Of a stretch of DNA of 64,000 bases, positions 1-8,856 are shown one piece after another (the first letter of the stretch is position 1; every line of letters starts with the position of its first letter). The DNA is from Candidatus Thorarchaeota archaeon. Its GTDB lineage: Archaea > Asgardarchaeota > Thorarchaeia > Thorarchaeales > Thorarchaeaceae. The notes under the pieces are model-generated. The model was not told the DNA's origin. It searched no databases and was given only the letters and a program-made list of their open reading frames with translations. The stretch covers positions 1 through 64,000 of the forward strand of contig JAFGAR010000028.1 of the NCBI GenBank assembly GCA_016933575.1. The letters are read 5' to 3'. The translations under genes were made by a program, and so were the position numbers.

Positions 1-228
1 GGCTTCCTCGTCCTGCTCGCGGTCGTCGTCGGCTTCGCGGACCTGGACCCGTGGCTGATCATCCTCGTGATGGCTCTCGGGTGGCTCCTCGTCTCGCTGA
101 TCGAGTACTTCGCGTGGCGACAGGCACAGGCTGTTGCGCTCGCGCGCTACGACGCTCCGCCCCCGCCGAGCGTCGAGGAGGTTGCGCCGCCGCCGCCCCC
201 GCCACCGCCACGACGATCGCCGCCATAA
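1..228 (+). other. Foreign high-GC ORF fragment (membrane protein with Pro-rich tail), probable chimeric contig end
   Basis: Frame +1 reads GFLVLLAVVVGFADLDPWLIILVMALGWLLVSLIEYFAWRQ...APPPP with mostly G/C third positions, unlike the rest of the window; merges into the CCG/CCA repeat of the ssb tail. Confidence 0.6.
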
Positions 229-701
229 CCGCCACCGCCGCCACCATAGCCGCCGCCACCGCTTCTTCCGCCGTAGCCTCCGCCACCTCTGCCACCGCCA
301 CCATATGAGCGTCGTGGGCGAGTGTCTTCGTGCTCTTCTGCACTCATGTCGTTATCCATGTTGACCTCTTCAATAGCCTCTTCAGCTTGAGAGAGTTCAC
401 CATATTTTCCAACATTAAGACGAAGATTGCCTCGGAATAAACCAGTGTAACCATTTTTCAGAGTGTATGTAGTACCAGGTGCTGCATTGTCAATTGCATC
501 GTCCCAGAGTGGAACTTGAACACTTCCAGTCGAGTCTGCTACAGTAACATCAGCTACTCTGTGTGTTTCTCCATCATTTCGAGAAGTAACCTCTCGAACT
601 TCGCCTGCTTCAATCACTTTGAAAGTGATAGTAACATTCTTCATTCGTGGCTTAAGCTCAGCCACAGTAGCCACAATTGGCTCTCTTTCTTCGTAACTCA
701 T
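147..701 (-). CDS. ssb: Single OB-fold ssDNA-binding protein with Gly/Arg/Tyr-rich C-terminal tail (true 3' end uncertain)
   Basis: LKP-x-MKNVTITFKV, VADSTGSV, LW, NGYTGLFRGNLRLNVGKYG motifs of crenarchaeal-type SSB; GGGY/RGG tail. Confidence 0.85.
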   Translation of the reverse strand: MSYEEREPIVATVAELKPRMKNVTITFKVIEAGEVREVTSRNDGETHRVADVTVADSTGSVQVPLWDDAIDNAAPGTTYTLKNGYTGLFRGNLRLNVGKYGELSQAEEAIEEVNMDNDMSAEEHEDTRPRRSYGGGGRGGGGYGGRSGGGGYGGGGGGYGGDRRGGGGGGGGATSSTLGGGGAS

Positions 702-862
702 TTTGGTTCTCTCACCTATGAGATATGCAAGTCATTCAAAACTAGCGTGTTCTTCGCTGGATGTACGATGCGGAAAAAACAACCCTCGACAATTCCTATG
801 TAAGAAAGCGCATCTCGCTTGGTAGTACCTGCAGATGTTTCCTGAGTATGTTCCCTTAAGAA
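702..862 (-). promoter_or_regulatory. Conserved ssb promoter and long 5' leader, copy 1
   Basis: Plus-strand blocks GTCATTCAAAACTAG (731-745), TGGATGTAC, CCTCGACAA, CCTGCA, CTTAAG occur in the same order upstream of the other ssb copies. Confidence 0.55.
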
Positions 863-914
863 CTTGTGCACAGTGGCGTTTTTCGAGTAACTCGAACTTT
901 TCCTAGCAATTAGA

Positions 915-1616
915 TTAATCCTGTTCACTGCCTTCGGAATCTGGCATCTTCAACATTGTAGTATTGAAGGAGAGAAGGCCAACAAAAGCTAGAGAGCCAA
1001 ATACGGTATACCACTCGACAAGTGGACCTCCAAGAAAAATCTCCAGAGGGAAACTAAGTATGGTGAGTACCAGTCCATATAATCCAATAGCTTTGATAAA
1101 GTTCGTATGAAACAGAAGAACAATATTAATCACAATCAATACAAAGAAATTCGTCAAGAAGAATAATGATGAAGCGAGCAAATGGGGAACTCCTTGATCC
1201 TCTGAGAAAATACCAATCATAATCAATGCTATAGATGCGAATAGACCAAGCATCTGCCCAATCAGCAGTAGAATGTTCACAGATTTCTTAGAATCATACC
1301 AATTTCGAAGACCAATGAAGAAGGGAAATAATGCAATACCCGTGAGGATGCATCCTAAATTATAGAAGTATGCTCCCAATGGGCTGTAGTTAAAATTACC
1401 CAGTCTACTTAGATAGTGAGTCCAAGGAGTAAATGAGTAGGGATAGAGGAACCATGAAATCAATGTAAAGGAGCAATATAGAATGATTACAATGACACCA
1501 CTCTGTGTTGCAAGTGGGTATATATTGATACGAATTCTAGGATTCATGTTAAAATTCCCAATAGGTCTAATGTATCTCCTTGCTATATATCTAAGTACGC
1601 AGTTTGATACTTTCAC
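915..1616 (-). CDS. DUF998-like multi-pass membrane protein
   Basis: ~6 TM segments; YLSRLG, FYNLGCILTG, GIFSED..H, EW motifs; real start may be downstream. Confidence 0.65.
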   Translation of the reverse strand: MKVSNCVLRYIARRYIRPIGNFNMNPRIRINIYPLATQSGVIVIILYCSFTLISWFLYPYSFTPWTHYLSRLGNFNYSPLGAYFYNLGCILTGIALFPFFIGLRNWYDSKKSVNILLLIGQMLGLFASIALIMIGIFSEDQGVPHLLASSLFFLTNFFVLIVINIVLLFHTNFIKAIGLYGLVLTILSFPLEIFLGGPLVEWYTVFGSLAFVGLLSFNTTMLKMPDSEGSEQD

Positions 1617-1791
1617 TGTATAACACAGTTATTGAATATCAACTTGGCTCCATTTTTGTTGGAACCAATTTTCCGAAAGCAATACTCTCAAATTATTGAG
1701 CCATTACAGGGTCAGATCTAGCCAATTCTGCCACCAGAATATGATCAAGGAAACAGAATGAAAATAGCTAGAAAATAGGGAAAAAAAAGAA

Positions 1792-4065
1792 CTAAGTCTT
1801 GTGCTTGGGGTTAGATTCCAACAGACGAATCAAGAATCGTGTTCTCAAACGATTGGAGTCAATATCTTTCTGTTGTATTGAAAATGTTCCACCTAATCGC
1901 TCTATCATAATACGAGAAGCCATCAAACCAAGTGCACTGCCACTATAGCTCTCAGTATCTCTGTTATAGAACCGTACTTGATCACCTTGCTTAATCCAGC
2001 GACCAGGTATCTCAATAACGATATGCCACCAAGTTTGATTTGATTGTTTGATTGGCATAATATCAACAGTAACAATCTTCTTTTCTTCATTATATTCCAG
2101 AGCACTATAAAAGATATTCAGAAATATAGACTGAAGGAGCTCATTTCCCAAGACATATGCTGAATCAATATCAGGTTTGAATTCAATTGTGATGTTATCA
2201 GATCGAGATTGTTGTGTAAATGCATCAAGAGCTCTCACAATGGTAGATACAAGATTCATGGGTTCCAGATCATTTTGAGGAGACCCTTCAATTCCACTTA
2301 ACAGACGTACATTACTGATTAGCTGTTCAGAGAGTGAGATAGCTCTTGTCCCGTCCTGAGCTAGATGTACTCTACTCCTGTTATCAGATACACCAGATCC
2401 GAGGAGTTCGAGAGATGTCAATACCATTTGGTTGTAATTTGTCACATCATGCATTAATAAATCTGCATAGAGATTTGCTCTAGCGTGAGACTCTTCAGAC
2501 TCTTGCATCATTCGAATGTAAAACCAAGCAAGAATCGGAGGTCCTGCAAGGAGACCTGCAAAAAGGAGAAATTCTGACACCCACCACCCCGCGGTCCAGT
2601 AACCATAGTAGCTCTTCAATATGTTTGGAATAATCCACATTGCAAGAAAATAGGTGATATACAATTCAATAGGACTTATTCCTCTGGATATGTCAGCAAT
2701 CATGAAAATGAGAAATGCCAATTCAAGAATGACAATGAGATTTGTTCCAAGAAGAATTGCATTACCAATTGGATTATTATCCAATTCGGAGTATGTTGTA
2801 ATCGCATATTGGTTGATTAGCTCCCCAATCACAATGAGACATAAAACAATGGCAAATCCTCCAAGGAGGCGAGCATTTGAAAAGGACTCTAGCTTCTTCT
2901 CAGGCGGTTTTACTGTGAATCGGATTGCAAGGAATAGAAGTACGAGTGAAAGAATGCTTCCCACAATATATGTTACAAGTGGCTCATTAAAAGTCGGATA
3001 TGTAATTGAGAATATCTGCGTCAATGTGACAATAGACCAGAGCCCAAATAATATAATTAGTGGATAGTAATTCCTCTGAGGGTTTCGAATTGCGTAGATA
3101 TATAGGAGAATTGCCATCATTCCGGATAAAGATCCTGCACCTATGTGAATAATGAGGAATGCAAGAAGATTGAGCTCTTGGAAAATAATATTGAGAGATG
3201 CAGACTCGATTATTATTGTCACCAATAATGGAACATAAGCCATCATGAGAAGACCGAGAACAAGTCCATATGCTGCATATCGACTAAAACCTGTCTTTTT
3301 TAGTACAGGCACGCAGAGGGCAAGCCCAATTAGAAGAAAAGAAGCAATCTGCAACGATTCTGCCAGGACCCATGTGATTGATACATAGGACATGGATATG
3401 ATAAGTGTCACTGTAGAGCCAATAAGCAAGAATAGAGAGCTAAGAAAAAAACCGAGATCGATGGAAAGGATATCATCTTGAATTCTTGAAATAAAAATTA
3501 TGGCAGCAAAAAACGAAACTATTGCAATTACGCCAAATACCCAGGCAAATCCATTGAGTATTGCATCAGATATTCCAGAATAGATGGTTAATGAAACAAA
3601 CCCATAAATACCTGAAGGTAAGAATATTGCAAGAAGAATGAATGGACTAGCAATTCTAGCTTGCTCAACCAATCTAGGGCGTGTATAGCAAACACTGGCA
3701 AAAAAAATTAGAAGACCAATGATTGCCATTTCAAGCAAGTCCATGACTGTATTTGTCAATAAGAATTCAGTGGACTCCTGTGAAAGAATGAATAGATTAT
3801 TGGCTGCACTTCCGATATGAATGAGAATAGCAAAAGTAAATGCAGATGTAAGGAGAAGGTGGGCACGTAGAGGTCTCTTGATATATGCAATAATGCCAAT
3901 AGCAGCTGGGGCTGATATCCAATAAGCTAGTAGGGAATTTACACTAGCGCGTGTTTCAGGAGTATAAGAAATAATCCCACCAGGTCCGAGAACAAGAACT
4001 GCGCTAAGAATGGCTAAGGGAACAAGAATGAGTATCTTCAGAAGTACACGTCGTGTTCCTTGCAT
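1792..4065 (-). CDS. Polytopic membrane sensor histidine kinase with degenerate HATPase domain
   Basis: Many TM helices; H-box DLLMHDVTNYNQ; G2 GSALGL; N and G1 boxes degenerate. Confidence 0.75.
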   Translation of the reverse strand: MQGTRRVLLKILILVPLAILSAVLVLGPGGIISYTPETRASVNSLLAYWISAPAAIGIIAYIKRPLRAHLLLTSAFTFAILIHIGSAANNLFILSQESTEFLLTNTVMDLLEMAIIGLLIFFASVCYTRPRLVEQARIASPFILLAIFLPSGIYGFVSLTIYSGISDAILNGFAWVFGVIAIVSFFAAIIFISRIQDDILSIDLGFFLSSLFLLIGSTVTLIISMSYVSITWVLAESLQIASFLLIGLALCVPVLKKTGFSRYAAYGLVLGLLMMAYVPLLVTIIIESASLNIIFQELNLLAFLIIHIGAGSLSGMMAILLYIYAIRNPQRNYYPLIILFGLWSIVTLTQIFSITYPTFNEPLVTYIVGSILSLVLLFLAIRFTVKPPEKKLESFSNARLLGGFAIVLCLIVIGELINQYAITTYSELDNNPIGNAILLGTNLIVILELAFLIFMIADISRGISPIELYITYFLAMWIIPNILKSYYGYWTAGWWVSEFLLFAGLLAGPPILAWFYIRMMQESEESHARANLYADLLMHDVTNYNQMVLTSLELLGSGVSDNRSRVHLAQDGTRAISLSEQLISNVRLLSGIEGSPQNDLEPMNLVSTIVRALDAFTQQSRSDNITIEFKPDIDSAYVLGNELLQSIFLNIFYSALEYNEEKKIVTVDIMPIKQSNQTWWHIVIEIPGRWIKQGDQVRFYNRDTESYSGSALGLMASRIMIERLGGTFSIQQKDIDSNRLRTRFLIRLLESNPKHKT

Positions 4066-4189
4066 TTGAGTGGCCCCATTTTTACTGAAGTTATCTGTTT
4101 TTTTGTAGAGATTTACCCATCTCTCAAATATGTAGATATTATGGATGGCTATAAAACAAATCTTGGTATAACATACAAATCCCTTTGTT

Positions 4190-4240
4190 GTACAAAATAA
4201 AAGAAGAGGGGGAGGCTTGCAAAGGCAAGCACTCCAATTG
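4190..4240 (-). terminator. Hairpin plus pyrimidine tract after surface-protein gene
   Basis: Minus strand GGAGTGCTTGC-CTTT-GCAAGCCTCC followed by CCTCTTCTTTTATTTT. Confidence 0.55.
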
Positions 4241-4245
4241 AAATT

Positions 4246-6756
4246 CTATTTGGCTGGTCTCTTTTTCATAGCAACTACTAGAATGATGATTACTACTAAT
4301 GCCGCAGCTCCAACGATAAGCAAGAGAGTCGGATCAAGTGGTAATCCGCCACCTCCTGTTGTTGTTGTTGGTATTACTGCAGAAACAGTCACTGTAACCT
4401 CATCATACACCGAATAGCCTGAAAGATCAAATACAGTTAGTCTAAAGATGTAGGTTCCATTTGTCAAACCATCAACGTTGTAGTTGACAAGGCTACCACT
4501 CCAAGAATGCGAATACACGAGACTACCGTTTCGACGAATCTGATAGTATGAGGGCAGTTCACTCAGGGGAGTCCAAGTTATACTGTTTCCAGTTTCTCCC
4601 TCAGTATATTCGATATCGCTAGGATGGCTTATTGTAGGTTTCAACATATAGGCAATCTCGTTCAACCAGATCTCATATGCATCAACATATGTTGAGTCAT
4701 CAGTATCATCCAAATACTCTGAGATGGCAAACATATTACAAATCGCTCTGTTTTGAACACCAAGGATGATTGCTGACTGATTCTCGTTGTACGAAAGAGT
4801 AACACCAGCTATTCCTGTAGCATTGCTTAGAACTGTCACATTTGTAAAATCAGTGGATAGGATATTGGTTGATGCAGATATGTTGGCAGCATTGTAATCA
4901 ACAGGGATGTTAAACAGAGAATGAGCTGGCTCCCAGAGATACACCGAAGGCGGTCCGGCAGTTATTCTATCATCAAGTCCACTAAAACCAAGGTAGTTCC
5001 ATGTGTTGTCATATGAAGGATATCTGAACATGAAATCTCGCCAAATTACTTTCCCTCCTGATTCTAGATGTTCGATAATCAAAGGATGAGAAGTTGCTGG
5101 AGCATTACTGTTAGCATCTATGATGACCAATTCCCAAGAATAGAGCTTCAGACTCTCATTGAAGTAGTCTCTTTCATTTGACATGTAATAGTTCACACCA
5201 AGTTCGTTGAGAGCCAGAGTAAGAGGTGCTCTATAATAGTTCCAATCAGATCCAAAGGAAGCAACTCCATCCATGTACACAAGGATGTCAGCACCACCAG
5301 AACAGAGCCAGTTGGCAATATTCAGACCAAAATGAGCATTGTCATCATAGAGGATGTAGTTGCCCAAGAAGTTAATGTCAGAGGCGAGGAAGATTCTACC
5401 AGCTCCTACTTCTTGAATCGCAGCGACTTCTCCATAGTCATCACGCCATATTGATACAGCAGATCCAGTCGTGTTGACATAACAACCTCCTTGAAATGTC
5501 AGTGTTGTAACAAGTTCATTTATTGGATGAAACGTCTTGTTGTCAGCAATGAATTGATTTGTATGGTAATTAATGCCTGAGATACTTAGGTCATATCCAT
5601 CAAGAATATCATTGATTCTTGCATTACGCGTAATGAATCCTGAACTATCACCCAGAATTAAAAGACCGCCTCCTGAAGCAATCCAATTCTGGATAGCTGT
5701 AATTTCAGATGCAGTATAGTTCTCATCCGGAGTGTTGATGAACAACATGTCATACTTGGATAAAATGCTTGAAGTCAATTCGGTAGTATCTTCACTATAG
5801 AGCTTATCCACTGTAAATGTGTGATTGACCCATAAATTCCTAAGTTGAGCATAACGACCTTGTGCAGTATACCCAGTTGGATCTCCTGCATCAACCCCAT
5901 AATATGGAAAGTTTGTGTAGTCGATCAGAATTCGACCTTTTGGACGAGGAGTCAACCAGTCAATAGCATCCCGGAGAAGATTGGTTGGAGGTAATTTACT
6001 TTGATCACCAAATAACTGCACAACCTTACCACCTTGATCCTTTGGATCACGAGCTACAGTACTGACCCATGCAGTATTTCCTTGAATATGAGAGATGAAG
6101 GTATATTCATCACCAGTTGAACTACCAGTCAGAGCAGCACGATTGTAAAGAGCCCAATCGAACTCAAGAGTGATTATCTCATCTATTTGGTAAGCCTGTG
6201 ATACTGGATGCCGAGTTTCAACAGTTTGATTTTCTGACCAGATGTAATCCCAATCAACACCATAGTTGTTAGTACCTTCAAAATCAGGGCACATTATACC
6301 AAAGTAGTTGATGTAGTTTATAGCACCATCAATACTTAGTATTGAGCCTCCACCGAGCCAGTATTCTTTTACCAACCATGTGATATTCTCTCGAGGCGAT
6401 GTATCAAATATCACAAACACATCATAGTCTGCGCTCTTCAGTTTATGGGCTGAGATGTCTTGAACATCTAAAGCTGTTACTTGATAACCTACAGATTCTA
6501 ATGTGGTCATTAGTACACTGATGTTTGTGCTTACCATTCCGCCATAATCGTAATCCGGATGAGTGCTATTTTGTTCATCATAGACAGCCACACGAATGTT
6601 TCGAGGGATATAGCTAGATGGATAACTCTCATCTACGATTTGATTTATAGGCGTGGAGTCTATTCCAGCCATTGCACTATCAGAAAGCATTGGAACAAGG
6701 AATAAACTAGATATGAAAAGCATAACCAAAACAGTATTTTTCATTTTGTTTAGCAA
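4246..6756 (-). CDS. Secreted, C-terminally anchored protein with repeated DUF4350/GldG (GATase-like) domains and an Ig-like domain
   Basis: Signal peptide; YDMLFINTP..YTASEITAIQNWIASGGGLLILGD; Thr/Gly linker, TM, KKR tail. Confidence 0.7.
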   Translation of the reverse strand: MLNKMKNTVLVMLFISSLFLVPMLSDSAMAGIDSTPINQIVDESYPSSYIPRNIRVAVYDEQNSTHPDYDYGGMVSTNISVLMTTLESVGYQVTALDVQDISAHKLKSADYDVFVIFDTSPRENITWLVKEYWLGGGSILSIDGAINYINYFGIMCPDFEGTNNYGVDWDYIWSENQTVETRHPVSQAYQIDEIITLEFDWALYNRAALTGSSTGDEYTFISHIQGNTAWVSTVARDPKDQGGKVVQLFGDQSKLPPTNLLRDAIDWLTPRPKGRILIDYTNFPYYGVDAGDPTGYTAQGRYAQLRNLWVNHTFTVDKLYSEDTTELTSSILSKYDMLFINTPDENYTASEITAIQNWIASGGGLLILGDSSGFITRNARINDILDGYDLSISGINYHTNQFIADNKTFHPINELVTTLTFQGGCYVNTTGSAVSIWRDDYGEVAAIQEVGAGRIFLASDINFLGNYILYDDNAHFGLNIANWLCSGGADILVYMDGVASFGSDWNYYRAPLTLALNELGVNYYMSNERDYFNESLKLYSWELVIIDANSNAPATSHPLIIEHLESGGKVIWRDFMFRYPSYDNTWNYLGFSGLDDRITAGPPSVYLWEPAHSLFNIPVDYNAANISASTNILSTDFTNVTVLSNATGIAGVTLSYNENQSAIILGVQNRAICNMFAISEYLDDTDDSTYVDAYEIWLNEIAYMLKPTISHPSDIEYTEGETGNSITWTPLSELPSYYQIRRNGSLVYSHSWSGSLVNYNVDGLTNGTYIFRLTVFDLSGYSVYDEVTVTVSAVIPTTTTGGGGLPLDPTLLLIVGAAALVVIIILVVAMKKRPAK

Positions 6757-6911
6757 TTAACATTCTCTCCACAGTATTCATGACAAGAAAACGACTAATT
6801 AAGTAGCAAGCGTGCTTGTCAATCTAGGTTCAGGTTAAATCGGTACATATGAATGCATATAATGATTATGACAAATCAGCCACTATTTTTTCAAATCGTC
6901 GATTAGTGACA

Positions 6912-7592
6912 TTACTCCTTTCTAAACACCAGCGCATATCTCAGACAATTTCCAATTTGCTGTGTGCGTGTCAATCCCGCTTGTTTCGCCCAATTCATCA
7001 TTGTTCGCCGGAGAGGGAAATCAGGATCTAAGATCAATTCAGCATCTGCGTAGACTGCATTATCTTTCATCAATCGTTTGATCTCAAATAGTACTGCAGT
7101 TGGATTAGGAATCTCTGGAAGAACAGCAACAGAGAAGACTGCATCAGCAATGCCATCCTCAAGTGGAATCCTTCCCCCCGCATCAGCCAGTATCGGTTTT
7201 ATGTTGGTAACAATCTCGTGCTCCATTCTCTTCTGGAGTTTGTCTAGCATTCCCTGTTGTATATCCACAGCAAACACATGACCATCGGGTTGAATTGCCT
7301 TAGCCACCTCAACTATGAAAAGACCTGAACCACAACCAATCTCGACAACAATCATTCCAGGTCGCGCATTTATGGCATCAACTATCATTTTTGGAGGTTG
7401 GATGCGATTTCGATAAGCTCCTGCGGCAATCACATTTCCCATTCTTGCAGGCATTGGAAATTTCCAAAAATATCTGATAGACCGGACACAAACACAAACC
7501 CACAGAATAACGAATATAATAACGAAAAGAAGCACTTCTACCATCCAATTCATATCTTGGATGAAGAATCCATTTGGCTCAAAACAATTCAT
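6912..7592 (-). CDS. Class I SAM-dependent methyltransferase with N-terminal TM (start probably ~7553)
   Basis: VVEIGCGSG, VFAVDIQQGML, ADAVFS motifs. Confidence 0.85.
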   Translation of the reverse strand: MNCFEPNGFFIQDMNWMVEVLLFVIIFVILWVCVCVRSIRYFWKFPMPARMGNVIAAGAYRNRIQPPKMIVDAINARPGMIVVEIGCGSGLFIVEVAKAIQPDGHVFAVDIQQGMLDKLQKRMEHEIVTNIKPILADAGGRIPLEDGIADAVFSVAVLPEIPNPTAVLFEIKRLMKDNAVYADAELILDPDFPLRRTMMNWAKQAGLTRTQQIGNCLRYALVFRKE

Positions 7593-7622
7593 CTGTAGTC
7601 ACCAACCAAATGAGATATATGA

Positions 7623-7638
7623 ACTAACGTTCGTTAGT
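7623..7638. promoter_or_regulatory. Probable TetR operator
   Basis: Perfect inverted repeat ACTAACG-TT-CGTTAGT between divergent methyltransferase and TetR genes. Confidence 0.65.
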
Positions 7639-7674
7639 ACTCAGGATTGGATTCAATATATAGGTTGCGATGAA

Positions 7675-8256
7675 ATGGAGTCGGAAGCATCAACAAAGAA
7701 ACGTATTCTAATAGCAGCATACCAGACATTCGTTGAGAGAGGATTTCAGGGTAGCTCAATGAGGGATATTGCTGGAGCGGCTGGAATTAAGGCAAGTTCA
7801 CTCTACAATCATTTTGAGCGGAAAGAAGATATCTTTGAGGCTGTGTTCATAGAGAAACATCCAATGTTTAGAATTCTCGAGATATTAGATGATGTTAAAG
7901 GAATGACTGCAGAGGAGCTTCTTACAAATGCTGTCAATCAACTTCACAAGGAATTGCAGCGAGAACCAAACCTACTCAATCTCTTCTTTGTCGAATTGGT
8001 TGAGATGGGGGGAAAGCACATTCCAACTGCAATCAAGACAAACTTTCCCACGGATTCACAATTCATGAAAAAAATCTTTAGTATGAAATCCGATCTACGT
8101 GATATTAGAGAACCAGTTCTAGTAAGAGCCATCATTGGAACAATTTTTGCGAATATTATGTTTAACTGGTTCATTGGAGAAGTTAATACAAAGAGATGGG
8201 GTTCTACATCTGAAATGACAGATGTTCTTCTACGAGGGATTCTAAAATCAAGATAG
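7675..8256 (+). CDS. TetR/AcrR family regulator
   Basis: TKKRILIAA..F.ERGFQGSSMRDIA.AAGI..SSLYNHF..KEDIF; start moved to MESEAST. Confidence 0.9.
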   Translation: MESEASTKKRILIAAYQTFVERGFQGSSMRDIAGAAGIKASSLYNHFERKEDIFEAVFIEKHPMFRILEILDDVKGMTAEELLTNAVNQLHKELQREPNLLNLFFVELVEMGGKHIPTAIKTNFPTDSQFMKKIFSMKSDLRDIREPVLVRAIIGTIFANIMFNWFIGEVNTKRWGSTSEMTDVLLRGILKSR

Positions 8257-8291
8257 TACCAACTATCATTGATTTACTAACTACTCCCTAT

Positions 8292-8723
8292 TCAATCCAT
8301 CCTCATTATTGAGACCATAGCTTCTCCATCAAGGACTGCCTTTCCATCCTGATTGAAGCAAGAAGTTCTAAGACTCACACGTTCCTTCGAATCATCCAGT
8401 CCAATGATTTCAACGATAGTTTTGATGGTATCTCCTATTCGAACAGGTCCCAGAAAACGCATACTCTGACTCATGTAGATAGTACCAGGTCCAGGGAGGT
8501 GCATTCCAATTGCAGTGCTGATGAATGATGCAGTAAGAAGACCATGTGCAATTCGACTTCCAAACATCGTCCGCTTCGCCCATTGTTCATCAAAATGTAG
8601 AGGATTATAATCACCAGAGAGGTCACCAAATCTCTGAATATCATCCTCAGTTAGTATGTGGAGTATCTCAGCCCTTTGACCGAGCTTGAGATCCTTGTAC
8701 TTTATCCCGCTCAGCTTCATCAC
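8292..8723 (-). CDS. MaoC family (R)-enoyl-CoA hydratase/dehydratase
   Basis: FGDLSGDYNPLHFD..A..T.FG.RIAHG motif. Confidence 0.9.
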   Translation of the reverse strand: MMKLSGIKYKDLKLGQRAEILHILTEDDIQRFGDLSGDYNPLHFDEQWAKRTMFGSRIAHGLLTASFISTAIGMHLPGPGTIYMSQSMRFLGPVRIGDTIKTIVEIIGLDDSKERVSLRTSCFNQDGKAVLDGEAMVSIMRMD

Positions 8724-8817
8724 AACCTATTATTCCATGAATCGTGTGCAATTTGTAAGTTTACGTTGAAACCATGGACTAGTTATTTTTGATATTAATC
8801 ATCCTAGTCAAAGACCT

Positions 8818-8852
8818 GTAGAGAGGATGAGGAGTCAAATGACTCCTCTGTC
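8818..8852 (-). terminator. Hairpin plus pyrimidine tract
   Basis: Minus strand GAGGAGTCA-TT-TGACTCCTC-ATCCTCTCT immediately after stop. Confidence 0.55.
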
Positions 8853-8856
8853 TGAA

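Noticed and set aside
51-364. Ala-rich and Arg/His-rich ORFs (51-308, 59-343, 134-364)
   Set aside because: Alternative frames of the GC-rich Gly repeat and foreign segment
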